A stretch of DNA of 64,000 nucleotides from Patescibacteria group bacterium (GTDB lineage Bacteria; Patescibacteriota; Minisyncoccia; Phycocordibacterales; WO2-35-19), in assembly GCA_038065655.1 (NCBI GenBank), contig JBBTQO010000001.1, positions 2,517 through 66,516 of the forward strand, written 5' to 3'. Of this stretch, positions 55,738-63,998 are shown one piece after another (the stretch's first letter is position 1; each line of letters opens with the position of its first letter). Both the position numbers and the translations under genes were made by a program. The notes beneath the pieces are model-generated. The model ran no database searches, had not been told where the DNA came from, and saw only the letters and a list, made by a program, of their open reading frames with translations.

Positions 55738-57486
55738 TTATTCCAAAACTGCTTTGATGCGGCGGACGCCGAGAGAGACTGCTTCTTCTTTCAAAATTTT
55801 AAATTTACCGAGATCCTTTGTGTTAGAAATGTGGGGACCGCCGCAAAATTCCTTGGACCAAGCGGTCTCTAGCGAATCACCAACAAAGTAAATAGAAACT
55901 TCATTACCGTACTTATCACCAAAAGCGTGGACGGCGCCAGTTTTTTCGGCATCAATTTTTTTCATTACAATTTTATTGACCGGCAGATTTTCTGAAATTT
56001 TTTGGTTAACTAAATCTTCAACTTTTTGTTTTTCTTCATCTGTCATTTTGCGGCCAAAACCAAAATCAAAACGCAATCGCTCACTATTGATGTTGCTCCC
56101 CTTCTGCCTGATAGGTTCACCCAAAATAATTTCAAGAGCTTGGCGTAAAAGATGAGTAGTAGTATGAAGTTTTTTTGTTTCTTCTCCCGCATCCGATAGT
56201 CCGCCCTTAAACATACCAGCGCTGGAAGTACGTGAAAGTTCTTGATGTTTTTTTAATTCTTCATTAAATTTATTCTCATCAATTTCCTCTCCTTTTTCTT
56301 TAGCTAATTCCTTGGTGAGCTCTAGTGGAAAACCATAAGAAGTGAAAAGAGTGAATGGATCTACTCCCTTTTCAAATTCTTTCAAACCATTTTCCAAAGT
56401 TTTTTCAAATTTTTCTTCTTCTTGAGATAAATTAGATAAAACAAAATCTTTATTTTTGTTTAATTCCGGATAAACATCTTTATATATTTCTATTACAACC
56501 TCGGCAATTTCTTTGGTGAAAGATTTGAGACCAAGCTGTTTGCCGTATCTTACTGCGCGTCTAATCAATCGGCGCAAAACATAACCTTGGCCCGTATTGG
56601 CTGGAGCAATCCCCTTTTCATCACCTAAAATAAAAGCAGAAGCTTTTAAATGATCGGCGATAATACGCATAGCTCTCACATTTTGACCCCCATATTTTTT
56701 ACCAGAGAGTTTTTCTATTTTTTGCATAATAGGCCAGAAAAGTTCTGTTTTATAATTATCATCCAATCCGTTCATTACCGCCAAAGTTCTTTCCAGGCCC
56801 ATTCCGGTGTCTACATTTTGTTGGGTTAGAGGTTCAAATTTGCCACCAGATGTTTTGTTATATTGCATAAAAACATCATTCCAGATTTCCAACCATTGGG
56901 GGTTATCATCATTAAAACTCTTAGGTACTTCTTTTGGATCTCCTACCCAATAAAACATTTCGGTGTCGGGTCCACATGGTCCTGTTTTCCCCGCTGGCCC
57001 CCACCAATTATTTTTTTTGGACAATTTAGCTATTCTTTTTTCTGGAATTCCCAGAGATTTCCATTTTTCAAATGCTTCCTCATCAAAAGGAGCATCATCA
57101 TCTCCTTGGAAAACTGAAACAGCAAGTCTGTTTTTATCAAGGTCGAGCCACTCCTTTGAGGTTAAAAATTCAAAACTCCACTCAATGGCTTCTTCTTTAA
57201 AATAATCTCCGAGCGACCAATTGCCGAGCATTTCAAAAAAAGTGTGATGACTACCATCCCCGACTTCATCTATATCTCCGGTCCTAATGCATTTCTGAAC
57301 ATCAGCAAGTCTATTTCCGGAAGGATGTTTTTCGCCTAAAAGATAAGGAACAAGTGGATGCATACCTGCGGTAGTAAAAAGTACTGACGGATCGTTTTCG
57401 GGCACTAAAGAAGAGCTCGGGATTATTTTATGCCCTTTCCCTTCAAAAAACTCTAAATATTTTTTTCTGATTTCTGCCGGGGTCAT
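55738..57486 (-). CDS. alaS: Alanine--tRNA ligase, short form lacking the C-terminal C-Ala domain
   Basis: 582 aa versus ~870 in typical bacteria; N-terminal catalytic motifs (..FTTAGMHPLVPYL..), editing-domain HxxxH and C (..TTHLLRQAL.., ..FCGGPH..). Confidence 0.85.
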   Translation of the reverse strand: MTPAEIRKKYLEFFEGKGHKIIPSSSLVPENDPSVLFTTAGMHPLVPYLLGEKHPSGNRLADVQKCIRTGDIDEVGDGSHHTFFEMLGNWSLGDYFKEEAIEWSFEFLTSKEWLDLDKNRLAVSVFQGDDDAPFDEEAFEKWKSLGIPEKRIAKLSKKNNWWGPAGKTGPCGPDTEMFYWVGDPKEVPKSFNDDNPQWLEIWNDVFMQYNKTSGGKFEPLTQQNVDTGMGLERTLAVMNGLDDNYKTELFWPIMQKIEKLSGKKYGGQNVRAMRIIADHLKASAFILGDEKGIAPANTGQGYVLRRLIRRAVRYGKQLGLKSFTKEIAEVVIEIYKDVYPELNKNKDFVLSNLSQEEEKFEKTLENGLKEFEKGVDPFTLFTSYGFPLELTKELAKEKGEEIDENKFNEELKKHQELSRTSSAGMFKGGLSDAGEETKKLHTTTHLLRQALEIILGEPIRQKGSNINSERLRFDFGFGRKMTDEEKQKVEDLVNQKISENLPVNKIVMKKIDAEKTGAVHAFGDKYGNEVSIYFVGDSLETAWSKEFCGGPHISNTKDLGKFKILKEEAVSLGVRRIKAVLE

Positions 57487-57490
57487 GTGG

Positions 57491-57898
57491 TTATTTTATA
57501 TTATTTAAATCTCCATTTAAAACAATTCCATCAAAAGAAACCAATTCATCATTGATGTATTTTTGGTTTGGTAGGGGGTTGAGAATAAAAATCTTATTAC
57601 CATTATGGTGAGCAAAAGCCATTTCAATAAATGTATTGGCTCCGATATAATTTTTAATATCACCTTTTGTGTAATTTGCTACCAAAATGGCATCTGATTT
57701 CTCAATCTTATTTAAATGTTCGTTTACAAGTCCTAATCCTTTTTTGGCTTCAATCCGACTTTTTCCATCTTCGGACCAATAGTCTACCCCGACAACTTTT
57801 ATTGGCATAAATACTTCGTGACCGTTTGCTTTGAGCTGTTTCTGAAACCCAACCATTTCATCGAAAAATTTTATTGATCCGCAAATTGTTATTTTCAT
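57491..57898 (-). CDS. DNPH1/Rcl-like 2'-deoxynucleoside 5'-phosphate N-hydrolase / nucleoside 2-deoxyribosyltransferase family protein (copy 1)
   Basis: 135 aa; N-terminal KITICGSIKF (Rcl VYFCGSIRGG) and catalytic-Glu region NYIGANTFIEMAFAHHNGNKIFIL (Rcl ..GVGYELGRAVALGKPIL). Confidence 0.6.
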   Translation of the reverse strand: MKITICGSIKFFDEMVGFQKQLKANGHEVFMPIKVVGVDYWSEDGKSRIEAKKGLGLVNEHLNKIEKSDAILVANYTKGDIKNYIGANTFIEMAFAHHNGNKIFILNPLPNQKYINDELVSFDGIVLNGDLNNIK

Positions 57899-57901
57899 AT
57901 A

Positions 57902-58369
57902 TTAAATTATTTTTAATTCTTTAAACCATTCATACATTACCGGCTCAAGTCCGGGATTTTGGTTCCATTCTTCTTCTGGGATTTCTTTTTTGTTGTATCT
58001 TTCTGTTTTATTTCCAAGCTCCCTTATTTGATCTTTGGTGTACCAATTTGCCTGTTTGGTCTCACTTTCACTTCTTTCAATATTACCTTCTATATTAACT
58101 TGATATATTTTCCAATAATGCCAAGTGCCACTTTCTCTTCTACAATGGTTTTCTTTCTTGCCCTCAATGACCAATTTTATTTCTTTTGTATCTAGACCAA
58201 CTTCTTCTTTCAGTTCTCGCATCGCTGATTCTTCAAATGTTTTGTCTCCATCTACGTGACCTGCTGGAATAGCAAAACCAAAAGGAAATTTTGCTCTTTC
58301 AATTAACAACAATTTATCATCTTTCCAAACTAACATCCCTACACTTGTGTGGTCGCAAACTTTAGACAT
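57902..58369 (-). CDS. NUDIX hydrolase
   Basis: 155 aa; Nudix box GHVDGDKTFEESAMRELKEEVGL (G-x5-E-x7-REUxEExGU). Confidence 0.8.
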   Translation of the reverse strand: MSKVCDHTSVGMLVWKDDKLLLIERAKFPFGFAIPAGHVDGDKTFEESAMRELKEEVGLDTKEIKLVIEGKKENHCRRESGTWHYWKIYQVNIEGNIERSESETKQANWYTKDQIRELGNKTERYNKKEIPEEEWNQNPGLEPVMYEWFKELKII

Positions 58370-58700
58370 ATTTTTTTATATTATTTACATAAGCCATTCC
58401 CATTTCCATCAAACAGTTTCCACCGATATAATTTTGGACTCCTTTTTTCTCTAGATTTACAATAAGAACTGCATCGCTCTCAAGAATATGTTTGTAATGT
58501 TGGCGAATATAATCGTTTTGCTTTTTCCATTCTGCGTGTTCACCAAGAGAAAGTGCTTCTACGATTTGTTGTTTATCTCCGCGAATATGAGCTTCATAAT
58601 CTGGATGTATCCAACCATCATAACCAAACTCACACAACTCATCTTTGTATTCAACCATTTCTTTTATAAAACTATTGCTCCCTAAAACATATATTTTCAT
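58362..58700 (-). CDS. DNPH1/Rcl-like nucleoside 2-deoxyribosyltransferase family protein (copy 2, paralog of 57491-57898)
   Basis: 112 aa; MKIYVLGSNSF N-terminus and NYIGGNCLMEMGMAYVNNIKKYV Glu motif; paralogous to copy 1. Confidence 0.55.
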   Translation of the reverse strand: MKIYVLGSNSFIKEMVEYKDELCEFGYDGWIHPDYEAHIRGDKQQIVEALSLGEHAEWKKQNDYIRQHYKHILESDAVLIVNLEKKGVQNYIGGNCLMEMGMAYVNNIKKYV

Positions 58701-58795
58701 ATCCCCATTTTACAACAAAAAAGCTTTATTTCCAATAATTGATTTTAGGCGGGTTTAAGGTTATATTTGTGGAACTATTATTTTAATTTATAAAA

Positions 58796-60064
58796 ATGAA
58801 TTACAAAAAAAAGGTTTTAAAAAATGGTTTGAGGATTGTAGTAGTACCCATGAAGGGCTCACCTTCGGTTACTGTTATGTCACTTATTGAGGCCGGTTCA
58901 AAATACGAAAACAAACAAAATAATGGTATTTCACATTTTTTGGAACATATGTGTTTTAAGGGGACGAACAAGAGAACCAAGGCTGGAGATATCGCTAAAG
59001 AATTTGATTCTCTTGGCGCTCAAAATAATGCTTTTACTGGCCCGGAAGTAACCGGTTATTGGGGCAAAGCACACAAAAAACATACAGATAAAATGTTGGA
59101 TATTACCGCTGATATGTATTTGAATCCAACTTTTCCTGAAAAAGATTTGGAGACTGAAAAAGGAGTAATAGTAGAAGAAATAAATATGTACGAAGATTTA
59201 CCTCAAATACTTGTAAATGAAGTTTTTGACAAACTTCTATATGGAGACCAACCGGCCGGATGGAGTGTCGCTGGTACCAAAGAAAATGTTCGCTCGTTTA
59301 ATAGGAATGATTTTATAAATTACAGGAAACAGCATTATGTGGCTTCTGCGACTACTATTGTTGTTGCTGGCGATGTGGATGAAAAAGATATATTTAAAAA
59401 AGTGGAAAAATATTTTGCTAATATCCCGAAAGGCAAGAAAACAGCTAAGAAAAAAGTTATTGAAAAACAAACATCACCAGCGGTAAGTGTCAAATTTAAA
59501 GAAACTGACCAGACCCATTTGGTTTTGGGAGTGCGGGCTTTTGGCCTTTATGACAAAAGAATACCAGTTCTTAATTTGTTATCGTCTATTTTGGGTAGAG
59601 GTATGAGTTCTCGACTTTTCCAAAAAATGAGATATCAACTTGGCATTTGTTATTATGTGAAATCTCACATTGAAAATCTTACCGACCATGGCTATATGGC
59701 TATCTCTGCTGGAGTTGATTCAAAAAGAGTTGGAGAGGCCATTAAAGGGATTTTAGAAGAGCTTACAAAAATCAGAGATGAAAAAGTTCCGGAAGAAGAA
59801 TTGCGTAAGGTTAAAGACCTTGTTATTGGAAGAATGTATCTAAGTTTGGAATCTTCAGATGCTTTGGCCAACTTTTTTGGCGGTCAGGAAATAATGAAAG
59901 AAAAAATAAAAACACCAAAAGAACTAGAGGAAGAAATTGAAAAAATAACTACCGCTGACATAGCAAAAGTGGCAAAAGAAGTTATCCAAAACAAAAAACT
60001 CAACCTTGCTATTGTTGGTAAATATAATGATGAATCTCGCTTCAAAAATATTCTGAAAGTTTAA
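58796..60064 (+). CDS. M16 family zinc metallopeptidase (insulinase/pitrilysin-like)
   Basis: 422 aa; inverted zinc-binding motif HFLEHM (HxxEH) and downstream E (..EE..). Confidence 0.8.
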   Translation: MNYKKKVLKNGLRIVVVPMKGSPSVTVMSLIEAGSKYENKQNNGISHFLEHMCFKGTNKRTKAGDIAKEFDSLGAQNNAFTGPEVTGYWGKAHKKHTDKMLDITADMYLNPTFPEKDLETEKGVIVEEINMYEDLPQILVNEVFDKLLYGDQPAGWSVAGTKENVRSFNRNDFINYRKQHYVASATTIVVAGDVDEKDIFKKVEKYFANIPKGKKTAKKKVIEKQTSPAVSVKFKETDQTHLVLGVRAFGLYDKRIPVLNLLSSILGRGMSSRLFQKMRYQLGICYYVKSHIENLTDHGYMAISAGVDSKRVGEAIKGILEELTKIRDEKVPEEELRKVKDLVIGRMYLSLESSDALANFFGGQEIMKEKIKTPKELEEEIEKITTADIAKVAKEVIQNKKLNLAIVGKYNDESRFKNILKV

Positions 60065-60670
60065 TTACAAATCTTTCAAAATAGCGAAGTCGGTTTTGAG
60101 TTGATCGAGGGTGTGGGAATTGTAGACGGCGACGGCAGGATGGTAGAGCGGAACGATTTTGATGGCGCCATAGGTAGCAGTGCCGTCAAAAACTTTGCCA
60201 TGATTTTGGCTTATTGGTTCCAGTTCAAATTCCAAACCGAATTTAGGCATTATGTAGTACATGGCATACCGACCGAGAGTAGCTATAATTTTGGGCTGTA
60301 TAATTTCAATTTGTCGATCCAAAAATGGTCCGTAAATTTCTATCTCTTCCGGTAGAGGGTCGCGATTCATTGGTGGTCGGTCTTTGACAATATTTGTTAC
60401 ATAAACATCTTCTCTTTTTATACCGACAGAATTTAAGAGTTCATCTAAAATTTGGCCAGCGCGACCACAAAATGGACGGCCCGTCTTTGCTTCGTTGCGG
60501 CCGGGCGCCTCGCCGATAAACATTATTTTGGCGGAATGGCTTCCCTCGCCTATCACCGGCAAATTTTTATTTTCAATTCTAAATTTATAAAGTGGCGACT
60601 TCTTCAACGCTACCACCTCATCTTTTATCTTTTTCATCAATTCCTTCCTTTCTTCTATAGTTTGGGTCAT
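60065..60670 (-). CDS. Uracil-DNA glycosylase, family 4
   Basis: 201 aa; family-4 motifs GEGSHSAKIMFIGEAPGRNE and FCGRAG, C-terminal HPA(A/V) region. Confidence 0.8.
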   Translation of the reverse strand: MTQTIEERKELMKKIKDEVVALKKSPLYKFRIENKNLPVIGEGSHSAKIMFIGEAPGRNEAKTGRPFCGRAGQILDELLNSVGIKREDVYVTNIVKDRPPMNRDPLPEEIEIYGPFLDRQIEIIQPKIIATLGRYAMYYIMPKFGLEFELEPISQNHGKVFDGTATYGAIKIVPLYHPAVAVYNSHTLDQLKTDFAILKDL

Positions 60671-60748
60671 GCTGGAATAATACCAGAGTTAACTAATTTT
60701 ATAAACTATTTACCTATTCGCACGAATTAGAGAATACAAAATTACTTT

Positions 60749-61378
60749 CTACTTTAATTTAACGAATGCAAAACCCGGATATTCAGTGAACTCAACTTTA
60801 TCACTTTCTTTTTTATGAATTCTAAACACAGATTGTCTTATCGGAATTACCATAACTCCTCTGGGTTTTAGAATTTTAACTAGATTTTTAGGAATTTCTT
60901 CAGCGGTGGCGTTTACCAAAATTCGGTCGAATTTTTCCTTCTCGCCAACGAATAATCGGCCGTCTTTGCATTTTATTTCCGCATTTGGGAAACCATATTT
61001 TTTTAAATTATTTTTTCCCATCCTCGCAAGTTCAGGGATGATTTCCAACCCAAGCACTTCTCCGTTCGGGACAAGATGAGCTATAAGAGCAGTCGTATAA
61101 CCAGATCCAGATCCGATATCAAGAACTTTATGATCCGGTTTTAAATCAATCAGTTCAAGCATGAAAGCAACTGTGGTTGGCTGGGAAATAGTTTGTCCAA
61201 AACCTATAGGCAAAGGATAATCTTCGTAAGCTTCATTTTTGTAATTAGTATTTACAAAATCTACCCGGTCAATTTTTTCAAATGTTTTCTTAATCCCAAG
61301 TGTCTGCAAGACCTTGGTCTCTTCTAAATGTCTAATTAATTGCTCTTTGGTATTCATTGGCGTATTTGCAATACTCAC
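60749..61378 (-). CDS. pcm: Protein-L-isoaspartate O-methyltransferase
   Basis: 209 aa; SAM motif VLDIGSGSGYTTALIAHLV and PIMT-type pre-motif ISQP. Confidence 0.8.
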   Translation of the reverse strand: MSIANTPMNTKEQLIRHLEETKVLQTLGIKKTFEKIDRVDFVNTNYKNEAYEDYPLPIGFGQTISQPTTVAFMLELIDLKPDHKVLDIGSGSGYTTALIAHLVPNGEVLGLEIIPELARMGKNNLKKYGFPNAEIKCKDGRLFVGEKEKFDRILVNATAEEIPKNLVKILKPRGVMVIPIRQSVFRIHKKESDKVEFTEYPGFAFVKLK

Positions 61379-62090
61379 AATTTGGATTGGCTTTGGGAAT
61401 GTCGTCAGAATCCAAACATTTTTTCATATTCATTAAGGTTTTTTCTACCCAATCATCTTTACCAGTGTAAGGAATAAGTTTGATATCAAATTCAAGTTTG
61501 CCGTCAAAAGCTTCCCTATCACGCTTGCCATTGCAATAAACAAAATAGCCGGTGTCAGAAACTTTTAAATCATTATGTCGTAAGAGCCACTGATAAACTT
61601 CCATTTGTCTTTTGTAGCCGTCTTGCCACTCGGCATCCAAATTTACTTCTTCATCTTTGCTAGTCGCTTTGTAATCAACCACTATTAATTCCCCGCTTCC
61701 TCCGTCAGCACCTTCGGCGTTTTTTTGCCAAATATCATCAACGGCGCCAAAAACCACAAAATTGGCTGGTTCAAAAAAGGCTTCCACACCTGTAAAATTT
61801 TCACGCCATTTTTCTATTCGTGTATCTTGAAATGGCACTGCGTCTATACCATAACTTTCCATAAGAGGATGGGGAGTTTTTTGTTTGCGATGAATATCAA
61901 ATTCTTTTTTAAGCAAGGTATCAACGGCACTATTTAAATTGAAAGGAAATCCTTGTGGCCGAGAAACACCGATTCGACGATCTAAATAAAAACATCTCGG
62001 GCACTCAACAAACAAATCAATCTTTGAGCGACTTACTTTAAAGGCTTCTTCTGCCTTTGGATTGTATAATTTTTTTCGGTAAAATGCCAT
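61332..62090 (-). CDS. PD-(D/E)XK superfamily nuclease with N- and C-terminal Cys pairs (Cas4/RecB-like fold; standalone)
   Basis: 252 aa; core ..GAVDDIW...IVVDYKATS.. (D...D/E-x-K); Cys motifs ECPRCFY (N-term) and NPNCEYCKY (C-term) suggest a metal/Fe-S site. Confidence 0.55.
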   Translation of the reverse strand: MAFYRKKLYNPKAEEAFKVSRSKIDLFVECPRCFYLDRRIGVSRPQGFPFNLNSAVDTLLKKEFDIHRKQKTPHPLMESYGIDAVPFQDTRIEKWRENFTGVEAFFEPANFVVFGAVDDIWQKNAEGADGGSGELIVVDYKATSKDEEVNLDAEWQDGYKRQMEVYQWLLRHNDLKVSDTGYFVYCNGKRDREAFDGKLEFDIKLIPYTGKDDWVEKTLMNMKKCLDSDDIPKANPNCEYCKYANEYQRAIN

Positions 62091-62091
62091 T

Positions 62092-62922
62092 TCACTTTTG
62101 AATCAAATCTATTTCGGCCAGCATTTTGGAAATTTTTTCGTCGGAAAGACCAGCCTGTTTGAGAATGTCGGGGTTGTCTTTGGCTTGTTTGCAAAGGACG
62201 ATGCCAGCCTGCATCAAAAGCTTTTCATCACTGGGAGTGCTTGAGTTGAGACAAGTAATAGGGTGCAAATGTGCTTCTTCAATCAGATCCTGCAAGTTGC
62301 CAACTTCTGGATAATTCCAACCGACTAATTTCATATTTCTGCATTTAGCGTACTTGATAGCGGATTCGGAAAATTTAGTATTGGTCACGAGCCAACCTTC
62401 GCTCATTTTTTTATTTTGACTAAACTGTTCAAATTCCTGATTTTCTAAATCATCCCATCTGGCTTTTATATAAAGCGCAATTTTGAGGTCTGATTTGATA
62501 CCGAGCTCATTGTGAAATTTGGCTTCAACAAAAATTAATTTTTCTTTGTTCCAAGCAACAATATCAATCTCGTGGTCGGCGCATTCTCCCTTAGCAATAA
62601 AATCAGTGGTGGTTTCAAACCCTTTGGCTCTGAAAATTTCTGCCACGAATTGTTCAAAAGGAAAACCGGTTGGACCAAGTTCCATCACTGCGCGACGAAG
62701 CGAATATCTAGCGGCGGCCGGGCTCTCTTCTTTGCCTAAAAGTTGAAAGGCGTGTCTGTAAATATCTCTAGTGGTATCACCGTCTTTGAGCTCATTTTCT
62801 ATTTGGCTAACAATTTTTTCAGTAATTTCTGAGCCGGCCTGAGCTCGCAATAAAGAATCTTTTAATTTTTGAGGGTTAAATTCTTCTCTTTCCCCTATTG
62901 CCTTTATTATATATTTTGCCAT
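62092..62922 (-). CDS. ATP-cone domain fused to Mrr-like restriction-endonuclease catalytic domain, with C-terminal HhH-like tail
   Basis: Start chosen at MAKYIIKA. ATP-cone (IIKAIGEREEFNPQKLKDSLLRA..). Mrr_cat-like core FVAEIFRAKGFETTTDFIAKGECADHEIDIVAWNKEKLIFVEAKFH (D...D-x..E-x-K). C-terminal LMQAGIVL..ILKQAGLSDEKI HhH-like. Confidence 0.55.
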   Translation of the reverse strand: MAKYIIKAIGEREEFNPQKLKDSLLRAQAGSEITEKIVSQIENELKDGDTTRDIYRHAFQLLGKEESPAAARYSLRRAVMELGPTGFPFEQFVAEIFRAKGFETTTDFIAKGECADHEIDIVAWNKEKLIFVEAKFHNELGIKSDLKIALYIKARWDDLENQEFEQFSQNKKMSEGWLVTNTKFSESAIKYAKCRNMKLVGWNYPEVGNLQDLIEEAHLHPITCLNSSTPSDEKLLMQAGIVLCKQAKDNPDILKQAGLSDEKISKMLAEIDLIQK

Positions 62923-62924
62923 CA

Positions 62925-63998
62925 TTAATCTATTATACCACCCCCCAAACAAATTTCACCATCATATAAAACCAAAGATTGACCGGGAGAGATGCCTATT
63001 TGAGGTTGGTCAAAAATGACTCTTGTTTGCCCGTCCTTGATTTGAATTTTGCATTTTATTTTTTCTTGACGGTATCGGATGCGACAAGATAAATTTTTGT
63101 TTGGGATTTTTCCGATTAAATTTATATCCTTGATAGAAATTTCTTGGGACAAATTTGACGACCGTCCAAAATGTCGTAACTCTTGTTTTGAACTTACTGT
63201 TATCAAGTTTTTTTCAACATTTTTAGCAATTACATACAAAGGCACTTCGCTCTCTGTTTTTTGGGTAATGGTAAAGCCGTGGCGTTCGCCGATAGTGAAA
63301 AAGAGAGCACCGTTGTGGTGGCCGATTATTTCCCCATCCAGATCTAAAACGTCACCTCTTTTTTGAGGAATATATCTGGCCAAAAATTCTTTCATATTAA
63401 TTTTGCCCAAAAAGCAAAGCCCTTGGCTATCCTTCCTTGTTTCTTGTGGCAGGCCAAATTTACCTGCAAGTTTTCGAACTTCTGATTTTTGCAGATGGCC
63501 GATAGGAAAAAGAATGTGTTTAAGTTGTTCTTGGGTTAAGGTCCAGAGGAAGTATGATTGGTCTTTGTTTTTATCAATACCTTCAAGAAGCTGATTTCCC
63601 AATGTCCGACGTTTGCAACGGTTCCCAACGTCGGACATTGGGGGCATTCTTGCATAGTGTCCGGTAGCTACAAAATCAGCGCCATTTTTTAAAGCAAATT
63701 TTAGAAAGTGGCCAAACTTTATTTCTTTATTGCACATCACGTCTGGATTGGGAGTCCGCCCTTGCCTGTATTCATCAATCATATAATCAACCACTTCTTT
63801 TTTATATTCTTTTTCTAAATCAAGAGTGATGAAAGGAATATTTAAAATCGCGGCCACCTTCATGGCGCTCCGCCTATCTTCCTTCCAACTGCAAGGATAA
63901 CCTTCTGGTGTCCAAGCCTTAATAAAAACTCCAGTCACATCATAGCCATCTTTTTGCAACAAAGTTACTGAAACAGCGCTATCTACTCCGCCCGACAA
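62925..63998 (-). CDS. mnmA: tRNA-specific 2-thiouridylase MnmA (5' end runs off the window), carrying an in-frame REP family-2 doublet
   Basis: PP-loop SGGVDSAV, ..GHYAR.., NKDQSYFL, C-terminal domain. The ORF-finder start is a TTG; the true start is likely beyond coordinate 64000. The insert MPPMSDVGNRCKRRTLGN is encoded by the palindromic repeat at 63598-63643. Confidence 0.85.
   Translation of the reverse strand: MSGGVDSAVSVTLLQKDGYDVTGVFIKAWTPEGYPCSWKEDRRSAMKVAAILNIPFITLDLEKEYKKEVVDYMIDEYRQGRTPNPDVMCNKEIKFGHFLKFALKNGADFVATGHYARMPPMSDVGNRCKRRTLGNQLLEGIDKNKDQSYFLWTLTQEQLKHILFPIGHLQKSEVRKLAGKFGLPQETRKDSQGLCFLGKINMKEFLARYIPQKRGDVLDLDGEIIGHHNGALFFTIGERHGFTITQKTESEVPLYVIAKNVEKNLITVSSKQELRHFGRSSNLSQEISIKDINLIGKIPNKNLSCRIRYRQEKIKCKIQIKDGQTRVIFDQPQIGISPGQSLVLYDGEICLGGGIID
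63598..63643. repeat. REP family-2 inverted doublet (perfect 16-bp arms cccaatgtccgacgtt / aacgtcggacattggg) inserted in-frame in mnmA
   Basis: Arms are exact reverse complements separated by tgcaacggttccc; 48 nt total, a multiple of 3, in a variable loop of MnmA between GHYAR and NKDQSYFL. Confidence 0.7.
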
